Source: a bacterium (GTDB lineage: Bacteria; Patescibacteriota; Minisyncoccia; Phycocordibacterales; UBA6065). Taken from it: a DNA stretch of 64,000 nt. A program made the translations under genes and the position numbers. The notes below the pieces were generated by a model. That model ran no database searches. It had not been told where the DNA came from and saw only the letters and a program-made list of their open reading frames with translations. The stretch is from NCBI GenBank assembly GCA_030680695.1, contig JAUXUT010000149.1:167801-231800 (forward strand), in the 5' to 3' direction. The stretch's first letter is position 1, and every line of letters starts with the position of its first letter. Below, in pieces: positions 31,567 through 40,390 of this stretch.

Positions 31567-31914
31567 TTAGACAGCGCGCCGGAGGGCCACGAGACTCTTG
31601 CGTCTGATTTCCGTCGGCCCAGTCATGCTGCGCTGCAGACGGTCATGTTTGGCCCGATGATGAGCCAATTTTGCCTTGCGTGCGGCGAGCTTTTGGGCGA
31701 GCATCGAGCGATCGTAGTCGAGACGGGTCGTCTCGCCGCTGTTTTTGTTCTTGGCAAACGCTTTCTCGAACCTGGCCGTGAGCCGGCTGAGCTTCGTCTC
31801 CAAGACGAAAATTTGTTCCGTGAGCGGATTGATGAACTGGGACACAATCCTGTCCATCTTGCGGCGGGTCGAGGCGAACGGGTGAGAACGGAAGAGCTTT
31901 CCAGAGTAGGTCAT
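31567..31914 (-). CDS. Hypothetical basic coiled-coil protein (ORFan)
   Basis: 115-aa Arg/Lys-rich ORF; AACATCAACCCC 10 nt upstream; terminator downstream. Confidence 0.6.
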   Translation of the reverse strand: MTYSGKLFRSHPFASTRRKMDRIVSQFINPLTEQIFVLETKLSRLTARFEKAFAKNKNSGETTRLDYDRSMLAQKLAARKAKLAHHRAKHDRLQRSMTGPTEIRRKSLVALRRAV

Positions 31915-32015
31915 ACTTTAGCTAGGGGTTGATGTTGATGAACCTGATTCGGATAAGAGATTGGCACATTTTCTGGAAAATAGCAAGTCCGGGCGTTTTC
32001 AGATATAGTATGGGT

Positions 32016-33314
32016 ATGACCTTGGAAGATATCAAAAAACTCGATATTCCAGACGCTCCAGGCGTTTATTTTTGGCGTTTAAAGGGCGGAAAAGGCAGGC
32101 CTGGGCAGATTCTGTACATCGGCAAGGCGACCAGCCTCAAGGACCGTGTGCGGAGTTATTTTGCACCAGACCTTATCGAGACGCGCGGACCGCGCATGGT
32201 GGATATGGTGTTCAAAGCGCATTCCGTGGACTGGCAAGAAACCGATTCCGTGCTCGAAGCGATGATTGCCGAGGCGAATCTCATAAAAAAGCACTGGCCG
32301 GATTACAATGTGCGCGACAAAGACGACAAGAGTTTCAACTATGTGGTAATCACCAAAGAAGATTTTCCACGCATACTCGTTCTGCGCGGGCGATCCATGT
32401 TTGCCGAATTGGAGGAAAGCGTCCTTGAGCCCAAAAAGACTTTTGGTCCGTTCCCGAATGGCGCCGCACTGCGCGAGGCGCTAAAAATAATTCGCAAGAT
32501 GTTTCCGTACATTGACCGACATTCATACGGCAAAGATAAATATAATTTCTATCGCCAGCTTGGACTCACGCCTGATACTTCGTCTGAAGAAGCACGAATC
32601 GAGTATGCAAAGACGGTTCGTCACATTTGCTTGTTTTTCGAAGGCAAGAAAGGTGAGCTCGTGAAAGAATTGGAGCGTGAAATGAAAGCATACGCAAAGG
32701 CCCAGGAATTCGAGAAGGCTCAAGGCGCACGAAACAAGCTGTATGCCCTCGACCATATCCAAGATATCGCCTTGGTTAAGGAAGACATCGAAGCTCTATC
32801 CAGACCATCAAGCCGAACCGGTGGGACGGACGAGCCGATGATTGTATATGAAGGCGGGTATCGTATAGAGGCATATGACACCGCACATATGTCTGGCAAA
32901 GAATCTGCAGGCGTGATGACGGTTGTCATTGATGGTGAGGTGGCGAAATCGGAGTATCGCAAGTTCAAACTCTCGCCTGATATCGGTAACAATGACGTGG
33001 CATCGTTGCGAGAAATTATCGAAAGGCGCCTCAATCATACGGAATGGCCTTTGCCTCACCTTATGGTGATTGATGGTGGGGAAGCACAAAGGAATCTCGC
33101 CCAGGAAGTTTTAAACGAGCGGGACCAGGATATTGCCTTGGTGGCGGTGGTAAAAGACGCACGTCATAAACCGAAGGGACTCATCGGTGCAGCCAACATC
33201 GTCGAAACACACAAAAAGGCAATACTTCTCGCTAATGCCGAGGCGCACCGATTCGCCTTGGCATACCACAGAAAATTGCGTCGCATGCGCGACGATCTAC
33301 GCGGCAAACTCTAG
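32016..33314 (+). CDS. uvrC: Excinuclease ABC subunit C, short form without the HhH tail
   Basis: GIY-YIG (PGVY...YIGKATSLKDRVRSYF), UVR, RNaseH-like domain (IEAYDTAH, IDGG, AEAHRFA). Confidence 0.9.
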   Translation: MTLEDIKKLDIPDAPGVYFWRLKGGKGRPGQILYIGKATSLKDRVRSYFAPDLIETRGPRMVDMVFKAHSVDWQETDSVLEAMIAEANLIKKHWPDYNVRDKDDKSFNYVVITKEDFPRILVLRGRSMFAELEESVLEPKKTFGPFPNGAALREALKIIRKMFPYIDRHSYGKDKYNFYRQLGLTPDTSSEEARIEYAKTVRHICLFFEGKKGELVKELEREMKAYAKAQEFEKAQGARNKLYALDHIQDIALVKEDIEALSRPSSRTGGTDEPMIVYEGGYRIEAYDTAHMSGKESAGVMTVVIDGEVAKSEYRKFKLSPDIGNNDVASLREIIERRLNHTEWPLPHLMVIDGGEAQRNLAQEVLNERDQDIALVAVVKDARHKPKGLIGAANIVETHKKAILLANAEAHRFALAYHRKLRRMRDDLRGKL

Positions 33315-33334
33315 TCGCGTGATATAATCTCGGC

Positions 33335-34321
33335 ATGTCATTCTCGAAGAAGATTCGCGTCGCCGTGCTCCGCGGAGGACCGTCATCCGAATACGAGGTT
33401 TCGCTCAAGACGGGCGAGGAGGTTTTACGTCATCTTCCATCTGATCGATATCAGGGTGTGGATGTTTTTATAGACAAAAGTGGTGTTTGGCACGTTCACG
33501 GCATTGAAAGGAAGCCGGCGGATGCCCTGAATCATGTTGATGTAGCTTTTGTAGCCCTGCATGGCCAATTCGGTGAGGATGGCAAGATACAACGCATTCT
33601 TGAGCACCTTGGTATTCCGTACACCGGTTCACAGGCGTTTCCGTCGGCGATTGCTATGAACAAGCACCTGACCAAGGGTGCGCTTACTCGCCTCAAAGAC
33701 AAGGTCAAGCTCGCTTTTCATAAAATCTACAATAAAGAAGAGGTCGAAAATAAAGGCGCGCACGTCATATTTCGCGAGGTCATGATGCCAGCCATCGTCA
33801 AGCCGAATGCGTCTGGATCGTCTCATGGCGTATCGCTTGTCCGCACATATCCGGAACTTGAAGCCGCACTTTCAAAGGCACTCGAACATTCCGATTCCGT
33901 CATGGTCGAGGAATTGATTGAAGGCAGGGAAGCTACTTGTGGTGTCGTTGAAGGATTCCGTGGGCAGTCCCATTACACATTGCTCCCGGTCGAAATTATT
34001 CCGCATGAATCTGCAGATTTTTTTGATTATAGTGCGAAATACGGTGGCGGCACGCAGGAAATCTGTCCAGGCAATTTCACCGACGAGACCAAGCGAAAAA
34101 TACAAGAAGCAGCCGAAGCTGTGCACAAGGAGCTCGGCCTGCGCCATTATTCTCGATCAGATTTCATGGTTCATCCACGACGCGGGGTGTATTTCCTTGA
34201 AGTTAACACATTACCTGGCCTTACCTCAGAATCTCTGTTGCCAAAATCAGTGCGCGCAGTAGGCTCGACGTTTCCAGAATTCCTAGACCATGTTATTCAG
34301 CTTTCACTTAAACAGCGATGA
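33335..34321 (+). CDS. ddl: D-alanine--D-alanine ligase
   Basis: GGPSSEYEVSL, LHGQFGEDG, FDYSAKY, LEVNTLPG. Confidence 0.95.
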   Translation: MSFSKKIRVAVLRGGPSSEYEVSLKTGEEVLRHLPSDRYQGVDVFIDKSGVWHVHGIERKPADALNHVDVAFVALHGQFGEDGKIQRILEHLGIPYTGSQAFPSAIAMNKHLTKGALTRLKDKVKLAFHKIYNKEEVENKGAHVIFREVMMPAIVKPNASGSSHGVSLVRTYPELEAALSKALEHSDSVMVEELIEGREATCGVVEGFRGQSHYTLLPVEIIPHESADFFDYSAKYGGGTQEICPGNFTDETKRKIQEAAEAVHKELGLRHYSRSDFMVHPRRGVYFLEVNTLPGLTSESLLPKSVRAVGSTFPEFLDHVIQLSLKQR

Positions 34322-35061
34322 AAATTATCTTTCTTGATACTGAAACGACAGGTCTCCAGAACGGCCGCATGATACAACTCGCCTACAAAGAGCGCGGCTC
34401 TTCTGATATGTTCGTTGAATACTACAAGCCGCCAGTGCCAATTGAATTTGAGGCAATGGGCACGCATCATATCACCGAAAAAATGGTGGCTGATAAAAAA
34501 CCGTTTTCAGAGTCCGCCGTATATAAGAAATTGCCGGGCATATTGGCCGAATCAATCCTCGTGGCCCATAATGCGCCTTTTGACATAGGCATATTGAAAA
34601 CCGAAGGTGTCGAGACAAAGGCATTCATCGATACATGCAAAGTAGCCATGGCTTTGTATGATTTCCCAAATTACAAAATGCAGTCATTGCGATATCGTTG
34701 GGGCATAGAAATTCCTGCTACGATCGCCCATGATGCAGCTGGCGACGTGGAAGTGCTTGAAAAGGTTTTCGAGCACATGCTCAAGGACTATATGACAAAA
34801 GAAGGTGTGAACGAGGATGAGGCGATTCAGGCATTTGTTCGCATCAGTGCCGAGCCGCTCCTTCTCAAGAAAATTTCTTTCGGTAAACATTTCGGCAAGA
34901 CGTTTGACGAGTTACGTGAGACCGAGTTCAGCTATCTCGAATGGCTAGCAGGCAAACTTGCGTCTGATGGTGACAAGGATGTGGACCTGGTCCACACTGT
35001 CTCGTTCCATATCAAGAAGGGTAAGGGGGTTCGTGAAAAGCCGACCGAGGCGCCGTTCTAG
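34318..35061 (+). CDS. DEDDh 3'-5' exonuclease (ExoX/DnaQ-like)
   Basis: LDTETTG, AHNAPFD, HDAAGDV; C-terminal FGKHFGK motif. Confidence 0.88.
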   Translation: MKIIFLDTETTGLQNGRMIQLAYKERGSSDMFVEYYKPPVPIEFEAMGTHHITEKMVADKKPFSESAVYKKLPGILAESILVAHNAPFDIGILKTEGVETKAFIDTCKVAMALYDFPNYKMQSLRYRWGIEIPATIAHDAAGDVEVLEKVFEHMLKDYMTKEGVNEDEAIQAFVRISAEPLLLKKISFGKHFGKTFDELRETEFSYLEWLAGKLASDGDKDVDLVHTVSFHIKKGKGVREKPTEAPF

Positions 35062-35152
35062 GCGAGTACTGGCAACGCATCTGGGGCGCCCGTGTTGAGT
35101 TTTCGGCAATTCTGGTTTATAGTATCTCGGCCCACAAGTTGATTAATTTGAC

Positions 35153-35225
35153 GGGCCTGTAGCTCAGTTGGTAGAGCAGCGCTTTTGCAAAGCGAAGGTC
35201 GCAGGTTCAAATCCTGTCAGGTCCA
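35153..35225 (+). tRNA. tRNA-Ala(TGC), CCA not encoded
   Basis: GGGCCTG/CAGGTCC acceptor stem with G3-U70, anticodon loop TTTGCAA, T-loop GGTTCAAATCC. Confidence 0.96.
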
Positions 35226-35268
35226 CAGAATTCAAGGTATACTTCTTTCATCGAATTCTATAAGAACG

Positions 35269-38200
35269 ATGATACTGAGACGCGTGATTTTGTCGGTGAC
35301 TGGCATCATGGTCGTTTTTTCCTCGATGCCTTTATCTGTCCGTTCGGAAACGATTGGTATTGATCCGTGCCCAGCGAGTACAGACCTTGCGACTGTTATG
35401 ATCCAGTCCATCGACGAGAGGTTGGTTGGCAAGAATGCCGCGACAGATATTCAACTTTATACCTCTTACGAAACAGGTAGCACATCTCCAACGTTTACAA
35501 GAAACACCAGTGTGTGGACAGAAGACATAGACTGGACCGGTCTTTCTCCATGGAACTCGACCGCATACGGCCAGCGAGCTGGAACTCTCATATCTCCGCG
35601 TCATATTATCTTTGCGACACACTATCCGATTGGGGTGGGTGCAGAAGTCATTTTCGTCACTGCTAATAATACTGTTGTGTCTAGAACAATGACCGCATCT
35701 CAATCTATTGGCAGTACTGATATTAGGGTCGGTATTCTTGATTCTGATGTTCCTGAGACAATCGCATACTATCCGATCATGACCTACGACCAGATGAAGG
35801 CGTATTTGTCCCCGGTATACATACCTATCGTGGGTTTCGATCAAGAAGAACATGCCATTGTTCGTCATGCGGCAGCGGGCGGTTTTGCGATAAGTGACGG
35901 CATTGGACATTCCCAGGCGACGACAAGTGTTCGACAGCCTTTCACAGAGACATTCATTGACGGAGACTCAGGAAATCCAATTTTCGCGATTATAGGGGAC
36001 CAGCCTGTACTCCTTTCGGCTCACTACTCGGCAGCTGCGGGACCAAGTTATTCTTATTATCGATCAGAGATAGCGTCCGCCATGAGTTCGCTTGGTGGAG
36101 GATACGCACCAGCGGACATCGACTTGTCTTGTTTCGATTCTTATCCTTATATTGCTAATTCATTTGCACGCATTCCTGAAACGGCGCCTGTTGGACATGT
36201 CGTAGATGATTTTGACGCCCTATCATTTGATGAAGAACAAAACATTGCATATTCGATAACCGGTGGAGATTCGAACGGCGTTTTCACAATCAACTCATCA
36301 ACCGGTGTGGTCACAGTCGCAGATCCGGCCAAGCTTGCCGCACGGACCCAGTCATATTTCAATCTTGAGATTTCAACTGTCGACGACGGACCATTTCAAA
36401 GAACAGGTTCCGCATATTTGGTCGTATATGTAGACGAAGAATTTTCTAATACGTCTTTCACCTTAGGAAACACATATCGCGCATCTCTTTCTGATTCAGA
36501 AGGGCAGTCGACTGCGGCTGTAGGAACGTCTCGAATTTCGCAAAGTGGAAGATATGTTGCTTTCACATCTTCTGATTCGGGATTAGTTTCAGGTCTTACT
36601 GGAACGACTACTCATGTGTTCCTCAGAGATTTGTTGAGTGGAACAACCAAGCTTGTGACTGAGTCGGCAGGGGGTGTCCCGCAGAACGCCAATGCGACCA
36701 CTATCGGTGGACCTTCTGATGATGGACGATATGTCGCGTTCCGCTCTACGGCCACTAACCTTATAGAAAATGACCAAAACGGATCTGGTGCAGATATATT
36801 CGTCAAAGATATGCAGACTGGCGAAGTCATACTTGCGAGCGTTTCTGCCGACAGGCTTACACAATCAGCGGCGGTGCCATTGCAGCTCATTGCTCTTTCT
36901 GGCAACGGCAGGTATGTGGTGTTTAGGTCAACGACAGCTCTTGTACCGGAAGATACGAATAATGTCGCAAATCTTTATAGAAAAGATATATTGACCGGCG
37001 CGATCGCTGCAGTTGATGTGACTGCGTCAGGTGGATTTGTTTCTACGGCTATTGGTTCCGTGACACAGCCGGCAATATCTTCGGACGGAAACCTAGTGTT
37101 GTTTCCACATTTTTCTTCAGAGCTTGTAACTGATGACACGCAGCCTTCGGACACAAACTATTTTCTGAAAAACATGATGACGGGGGAGATTCAAATAGTC
37201 GACAGGGACGAGAATGGCGCTGTGGGAACGTATATTGACGCACAGAGCGCACTGTCGGCTGACGGTCGCTATGTCGCATGGAATACATTAGCGTCTCTCG
37301 TTTCGACCGATACGGATGTTGCAAGGGATATATATCTGCGCGATGTGCAAGCCGGCACCACAAAAAGGGTCAGTGCAACACCAAAAGGCTTTTCTCTCGT
37401 AGAAAATCCGAATTCCATTACGAGCGTCACAATGAATCTTGGTGGCATCGCTGTATTGCCAAGCGGCCGGGTCCTCGTTACTTTCGTCACTAACGCAAAA
37501 AATGCTATTCCGTCGGCAGATGAATACGACGGGAATTTCCAGATATTCGTCAAAGATATGACGACGGGAATGCTTGCTCACGTGTCCAAAAATCTCAGTG
37601 GAGGCACAGATGGATCGGCAAATGGTTCCTCCATATCTTCCTCTGGCGACAGGATTCTTTTCCGATCCAGCTCAGATAATCTTGTGGCTGGAGATACGAA
37701 CGGAGTCGTTGACGCATTCTATGTGGACTTGGATGTATCAGAGCCATCCGTCGAGGCTTTTTATACAAATTCATCATCCGGAACATACTCCACAAGTCAG
37801 ACCATAAACATATCAGCCCAGTTTTCCGAGGTCCTTGTGGCAACATCTTCGATAACTGTCGGACTGAGTTCCGGCGCAACGGTCACATTGTCAGATGTCT
37901 CGGGCTCGATCATTTCCGGCTCTTATGTGGTTGAGAGCGGCCAGACTGCTTCACCTCTCGGTGTTTCATCAATTGAATCAAGTAATGTGCGTGTGGTGTC
38001 CAACGGACATGTATTCAGCAATACCAGTTTGCCTGTCACTAATTTATGGTCCACCAAGAACATTAAAGTAGCTGCAGCTGCTGCAAGTTCTCGTCCAATG
38101 GGCGGTGGTGGAGGAGGTGGAGGAGGCCGCTTGGTGCCTGTGGTCACGAGTACTGTTTTGACTCCATCTGGTATTTCACTTAGCCCTGCGGATATCGCAA

Positions 38201-38595
38201 GACTTAAAGCAATGCCATTTGATCAGTTGATTTTGTTTATTATGCAGTTCTTGGCAGGCCAGCCTCCTGCTGCGGTTTCCTCACCAACATCTACGGTGGT
38301 ACCACGGGCAATAACCGTCTCGGTCCCAGTTCAAAATCTTATGGCGGCCAACGCAACGAGTCTGCAGGTTGATTTCGGTGTCGGGTCACGCGGCGAAGGA
38401 GTTCGAGAGCTTCAGAGATTCCTCAATATGAACGGCTACACGATTGTTGTTTCCGGGATAGGCTCGCCAGGTAATGAGAGTGATTATTTTGGCGCTATGA
38501 CACAGGCGGCTCTGACCAAGTATCAACGCGAACACGGGGTGTCCGCAACAGGTTATTTTGGACCTATCACACGTAAGACGATTTTCGCGCAGTAA
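35269..38595 (+). CDS. Large exported multidomain protein: trypsin-like serine protease, cadherin-like domain, TolB/PD40-like beta-propeller, C-terminal peptidoglycan-binding domain
   Basis: GTLISPRHIIFATH / TDI / GDSG triad motifs; YSITGGDSNGVFTINSSTGVV; repeated SxxGRYVAF blades; Gly linker; GSRGEGVRELQRFL...GYFGPITR. Confidence 0.8.
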   Translation: MILRRVILSVTGIMVVFSSMPLSVRSETIGIDPCPASTDLATVMIQSIDERLVGKNAATDIQLYTSYETGSTSPTFTRNTSVWTEDIDWTGLSPWNSTAYGQRAGTLISPRHIIFATHYPIGVGAEVIFVTANNTVVSRTMTASQSIGSTDIRVGILDSDVPETIAYYPIMTYDQMKAYLSPVYIPIVGFDQEEHAIVRHAAAGGFAISDGIGHSQATTSVRQPFTETFIDGDSGNPIFAIIGDQPVLLSAHYSAAAGPSYSYYRSEIASAMSSLGGGYAPADIDLSCFDSYPYIANSFARIPETAPVGHVVDDFDALSFDEEQNIAYSITGGDSNGVFTINSSTGVVTVADPAKLAARTQSYFNLEISTVDDGPFQRTGSAYLVVYVDEEFSNTSFTLGNTYRASLSDSEGQSTAAVGTSRISQSGRYVAFTSSDSGLVSGLTGTTTHVFLRDLLSGTTKLVTESAGGVPQNANATTIGGPSDDGRYVAFRSTATNLIENDQNGSGADIFVKDMQTGEVILASVSADRLTQSAAVPLQLIALSGNGRYVVFRSTTALVPEDTNNVANLYRKDILTGAIAAVDVTASGGFVSTAIGSVTQPAISSDGNLVLFPHFSSELVTDDTQPSDTNYFLKNMMTGEIQIVDRDENGAVGTYIDAQSALSADGRYVAWNTLASLVSTDTDVARDIYLRDVQAGTTKRVSATPKGFSLVENPNSITSVTMNLGGIAVLPSGRVLVTFVTNAKNAIPSADEYDGNFQIFVKDMTTGMLAHVSKNLSGGTDGSANGSSISSSGDRILFRSSSDNLVAGDTNGVVDAFYVDLDVSEPSVEAFYTNSSSGTYSTSQTINISAQFSEVLVATSSITVGLSSGATVTLSDVSGSIISGSYVVESGQTASPLGVSSIESSNVRVVSNGHVFSNTSLPVTNLWSTKNIKVAAAAASSRPMGGGGGGGGGRLVPVVTSTVLTPSGISLSPADIARLKAMPFDQLILFIMQFLAGQPPAAVSSPTSTVVPRAITVSVPVQNLMAANATSLQVDFGVGSRGEGVRELQRFLNMNGYTIVVSGIGSPGNESDYFGAMTQAALTKYQREHGVSATGYFGPITRKTIFAQ

Positions 38596-38661
38596 GCCTT
38601 CTTAACTTTTCTGTGCGTCTGATATAATCTGGGACAAATACCTCAAATCCCCGCACCTCTC

Positions 38662-38994
38662 ATGAAAACAATCTCTTGGGTTCTGCTGTTGCTTTTTGCA
38701 ACAGCTGGATACTCCGCGGAGAGCTTTCGCCCTCCGCTGTTCACTTACGATCCGACCGCCTCGCTCGAGGATGACGAGGAACAAAAGGGAATAAAGTTCC
38801 CTGTGCGCCTCATCGATTTCGAACGAGCGGTCATCCACAAAAAAAGGAAGAACTGGGTGGATTCATTTCCTGTCGTAATCTGGGGCAATGGCCTCAAAAA
38901 AGGCCTGTACATTATCAAGCTCGGACGTGCGAACTTGTCATTCGCTTCGACCGAGAAACATAGTCAGGCCGTTAGGTACAATCTGCGGTTCTGA
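38662..38994 (+). CDS. Secreted hypothetical protein (ORFan)
   Basis: Signal peptide MKTISWVLLLLFATAGYSA; TGaTATAAT upstream; terminator downstream. Confidence 0.65.
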   Translation: MKTISWVLLLLFATAGYSAESFRPPLFTYDPTASLEDDEEQKGIKFPVRLIDFERAVIHKKRKNWVDSFPVVIWGNGLKKGLYIIKLGRANLSFASTEKHSQAVRYNLRF

Positions 38995-38998
38995 TGCG

Positions 38999-39027
38999 AG
39001 CCCCGCGCATGCGCGGGGCTTTTATTT
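38999..39027 (+). terminator. Intrinsic terminator
   Basis: AGCCCCGCGCATGCGCGGGGCT palindrome plus TTTATTT. Confidence 0.85.
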
Positions 39028-39069
39028 CCTTGGCGCCGTGCTGTTGGTCTGGTAGGATATCCGAACTGC

Positions 39070-39145
39070 GGGCCATTAGCTCATTTGGTAGAGCGCATCC
39101 ATGGCATGGATGAGGCGACCGGTTCGATCCCGGTATGGTCCACCA
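39070..39145 (+). tRNA. tRNA-Ala(GGC), CCA encoded
   Basis: GGGCCAT/ATGGTCC acceptor stem with G3-U70, CATCC-ATGGCAT-GGATG anticodon arm, GGTTCGATCCC. Confidence 0.96.
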
Positions 39146-39150
39146 CCAAA

Positions 39151-40308
39151 CTAAACATTTCTCTCTTTACGCGTTTTCTCTAGAATGCTCACAATTTCCT
39201 GGGCGATGTATTTAACATCAACACGCTTTCTGAGGTTGTTCATCTGTTTGGCGAGAATAGCTTGTCCACAAAGTTCACGTACACGTTGGAGCACAGCCTT
39301 TGTGTCATTGAAGTCAATCACAAACTTGCTGAGGTTCGCTTCTCGGAATACCTGGGCGCATCCCATAGTTTCATTTACGAGTACGGGCACACCCACACAC
39401 GCGGCTTCGACTGGAACATTTCCAAATGTCTCAAACTCGGAGGGACAGATAACAAGTCCTTGTGTAGCATAGAAAGTTCTCAGGGCCTTTGGGTCCATGC
39501 TTGGAATAACGTTAATACTCTTTGGAACCTTTTTACGCAGTTTCGGGGTGTGGAAATCGGTAACCATGATCGCTTCGTGGTCCCAGCCCGCCTTTTTCAA
39601 AAGTTCATGGATGCGAATAAATTTCTTGGGGCGCTTGATGCGGGAGAATCGCCCCACAAAGGTTATGCGTCTCTCAACGGTGAAGTCGAGTTTGTCTGCA
39701 TGTGTGAACACGGGTGATATTGGATTTGGTATGACCACTGCGTCTCGTACGTTGTTACGGTCGATAACGACTTCAAGTACGGTTTGCCTGCAAATCTCGG
39801 ATGGAAATATGATTTTACTTGCTCTGCGGACCACTGAACGTTCCATGTCCCGCATTATTTTCCTGTCTTTTTTAGGAAAGTACGATGTTTCCTTCGTGAG
39901 GACTCCTGCATACCAGAGAACCACCGGGATTCTTTCCTTACGGCAGGCAATAGATAGAATCCAGGGCACGTAGTATGTACCGTTTATGAGCATGATGTCG
40001 GGGCGCTCTTTCCGCAGGATTTCTCGAACCTTCTCGATAATCGGCTTGAAATGTTTTTCGAGATCCGAAAGACTCTTACTTTTCTTTAGGAGGTCGCTGA
40101 GTCCGTAGTCGCATATACCCACAATATGATGTGAGAACCACTCAGGCGAGAGATGTCTAAAGATGGAGGCTGCTTTGAATGAGCGGAACGGGTTAAGTTC
40201 GATACCAGCGAACGATACATCTGACCCATGAAGATGTGTTAAAAGACTAAGATTTGTTGTAGTGATGCCTCCAAGTGCCTCACGGGTGATGTTTATTGCT
40301 ACTTTCAT
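39151..40308 (-). CDS. Glycosyltransferase family 4
   Basis: FVGRFSRIK and PSEFETFGNVPVEAA (E-x7-E) motifs. Confidence 0.88.
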   Translation of the reverse strand: MKVAINITREALGGITTTNLSLLTHLHGSDVSFAGIELNPFRSFKAASIFRHLSPEWFSHHIVGICDYGLSDLLKKSKSLSDLEKHFKPIIEKVREILRKERPDIMLINGTYYVPWILSIACRKERIPVVLWYAGVLTKETSYFPKKDRKIMRDMERSVVRRASKIIFPSEICRQTVLEVVIDRNNVRDAVVIPNPISPVFTHADKLDFTVERRITFVGRFSRIKRPKKFIRIHELLKKAGWDHEAIMVTDFHTPKLRKKVPKSINVIPSMDPKALRTFYATQGLVICPSEFETFGNVPVEAACVGVPVLVNETMGCAQVFREANLSKFVIDFNDTKAVLQRVRELCGQAILAKQMNNLRKRVDVKYIAQEIVSILEKTRKERNV

Positions 40309-40390
40309 ATAGTTTCTTATAGTACCACATTGTTATAAATATGTCGATATAGTCGTGCCAAAGCGCGGCCTTTTCTATATACTAGCTCGC

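Noticed and set aside
35185-35268. ORF-track start of the 1136-aa protein
   Set aside because: It overlaps tRNA-Ala; ATG 35269 gives a proper signal peptide.
38101-38127. GGN repeat as a tandem repeat or phase-variation tract
   Set aside because: It encodes a Gly9 linker with mixed codons and is not a pure slippage tract.
35153-39145. tRNA-flanked segment as an integrative element or prophage
   Set aside because: No integrase and no duplicated tRNA 3' end; both tRNAs are complete and differ in sequence.
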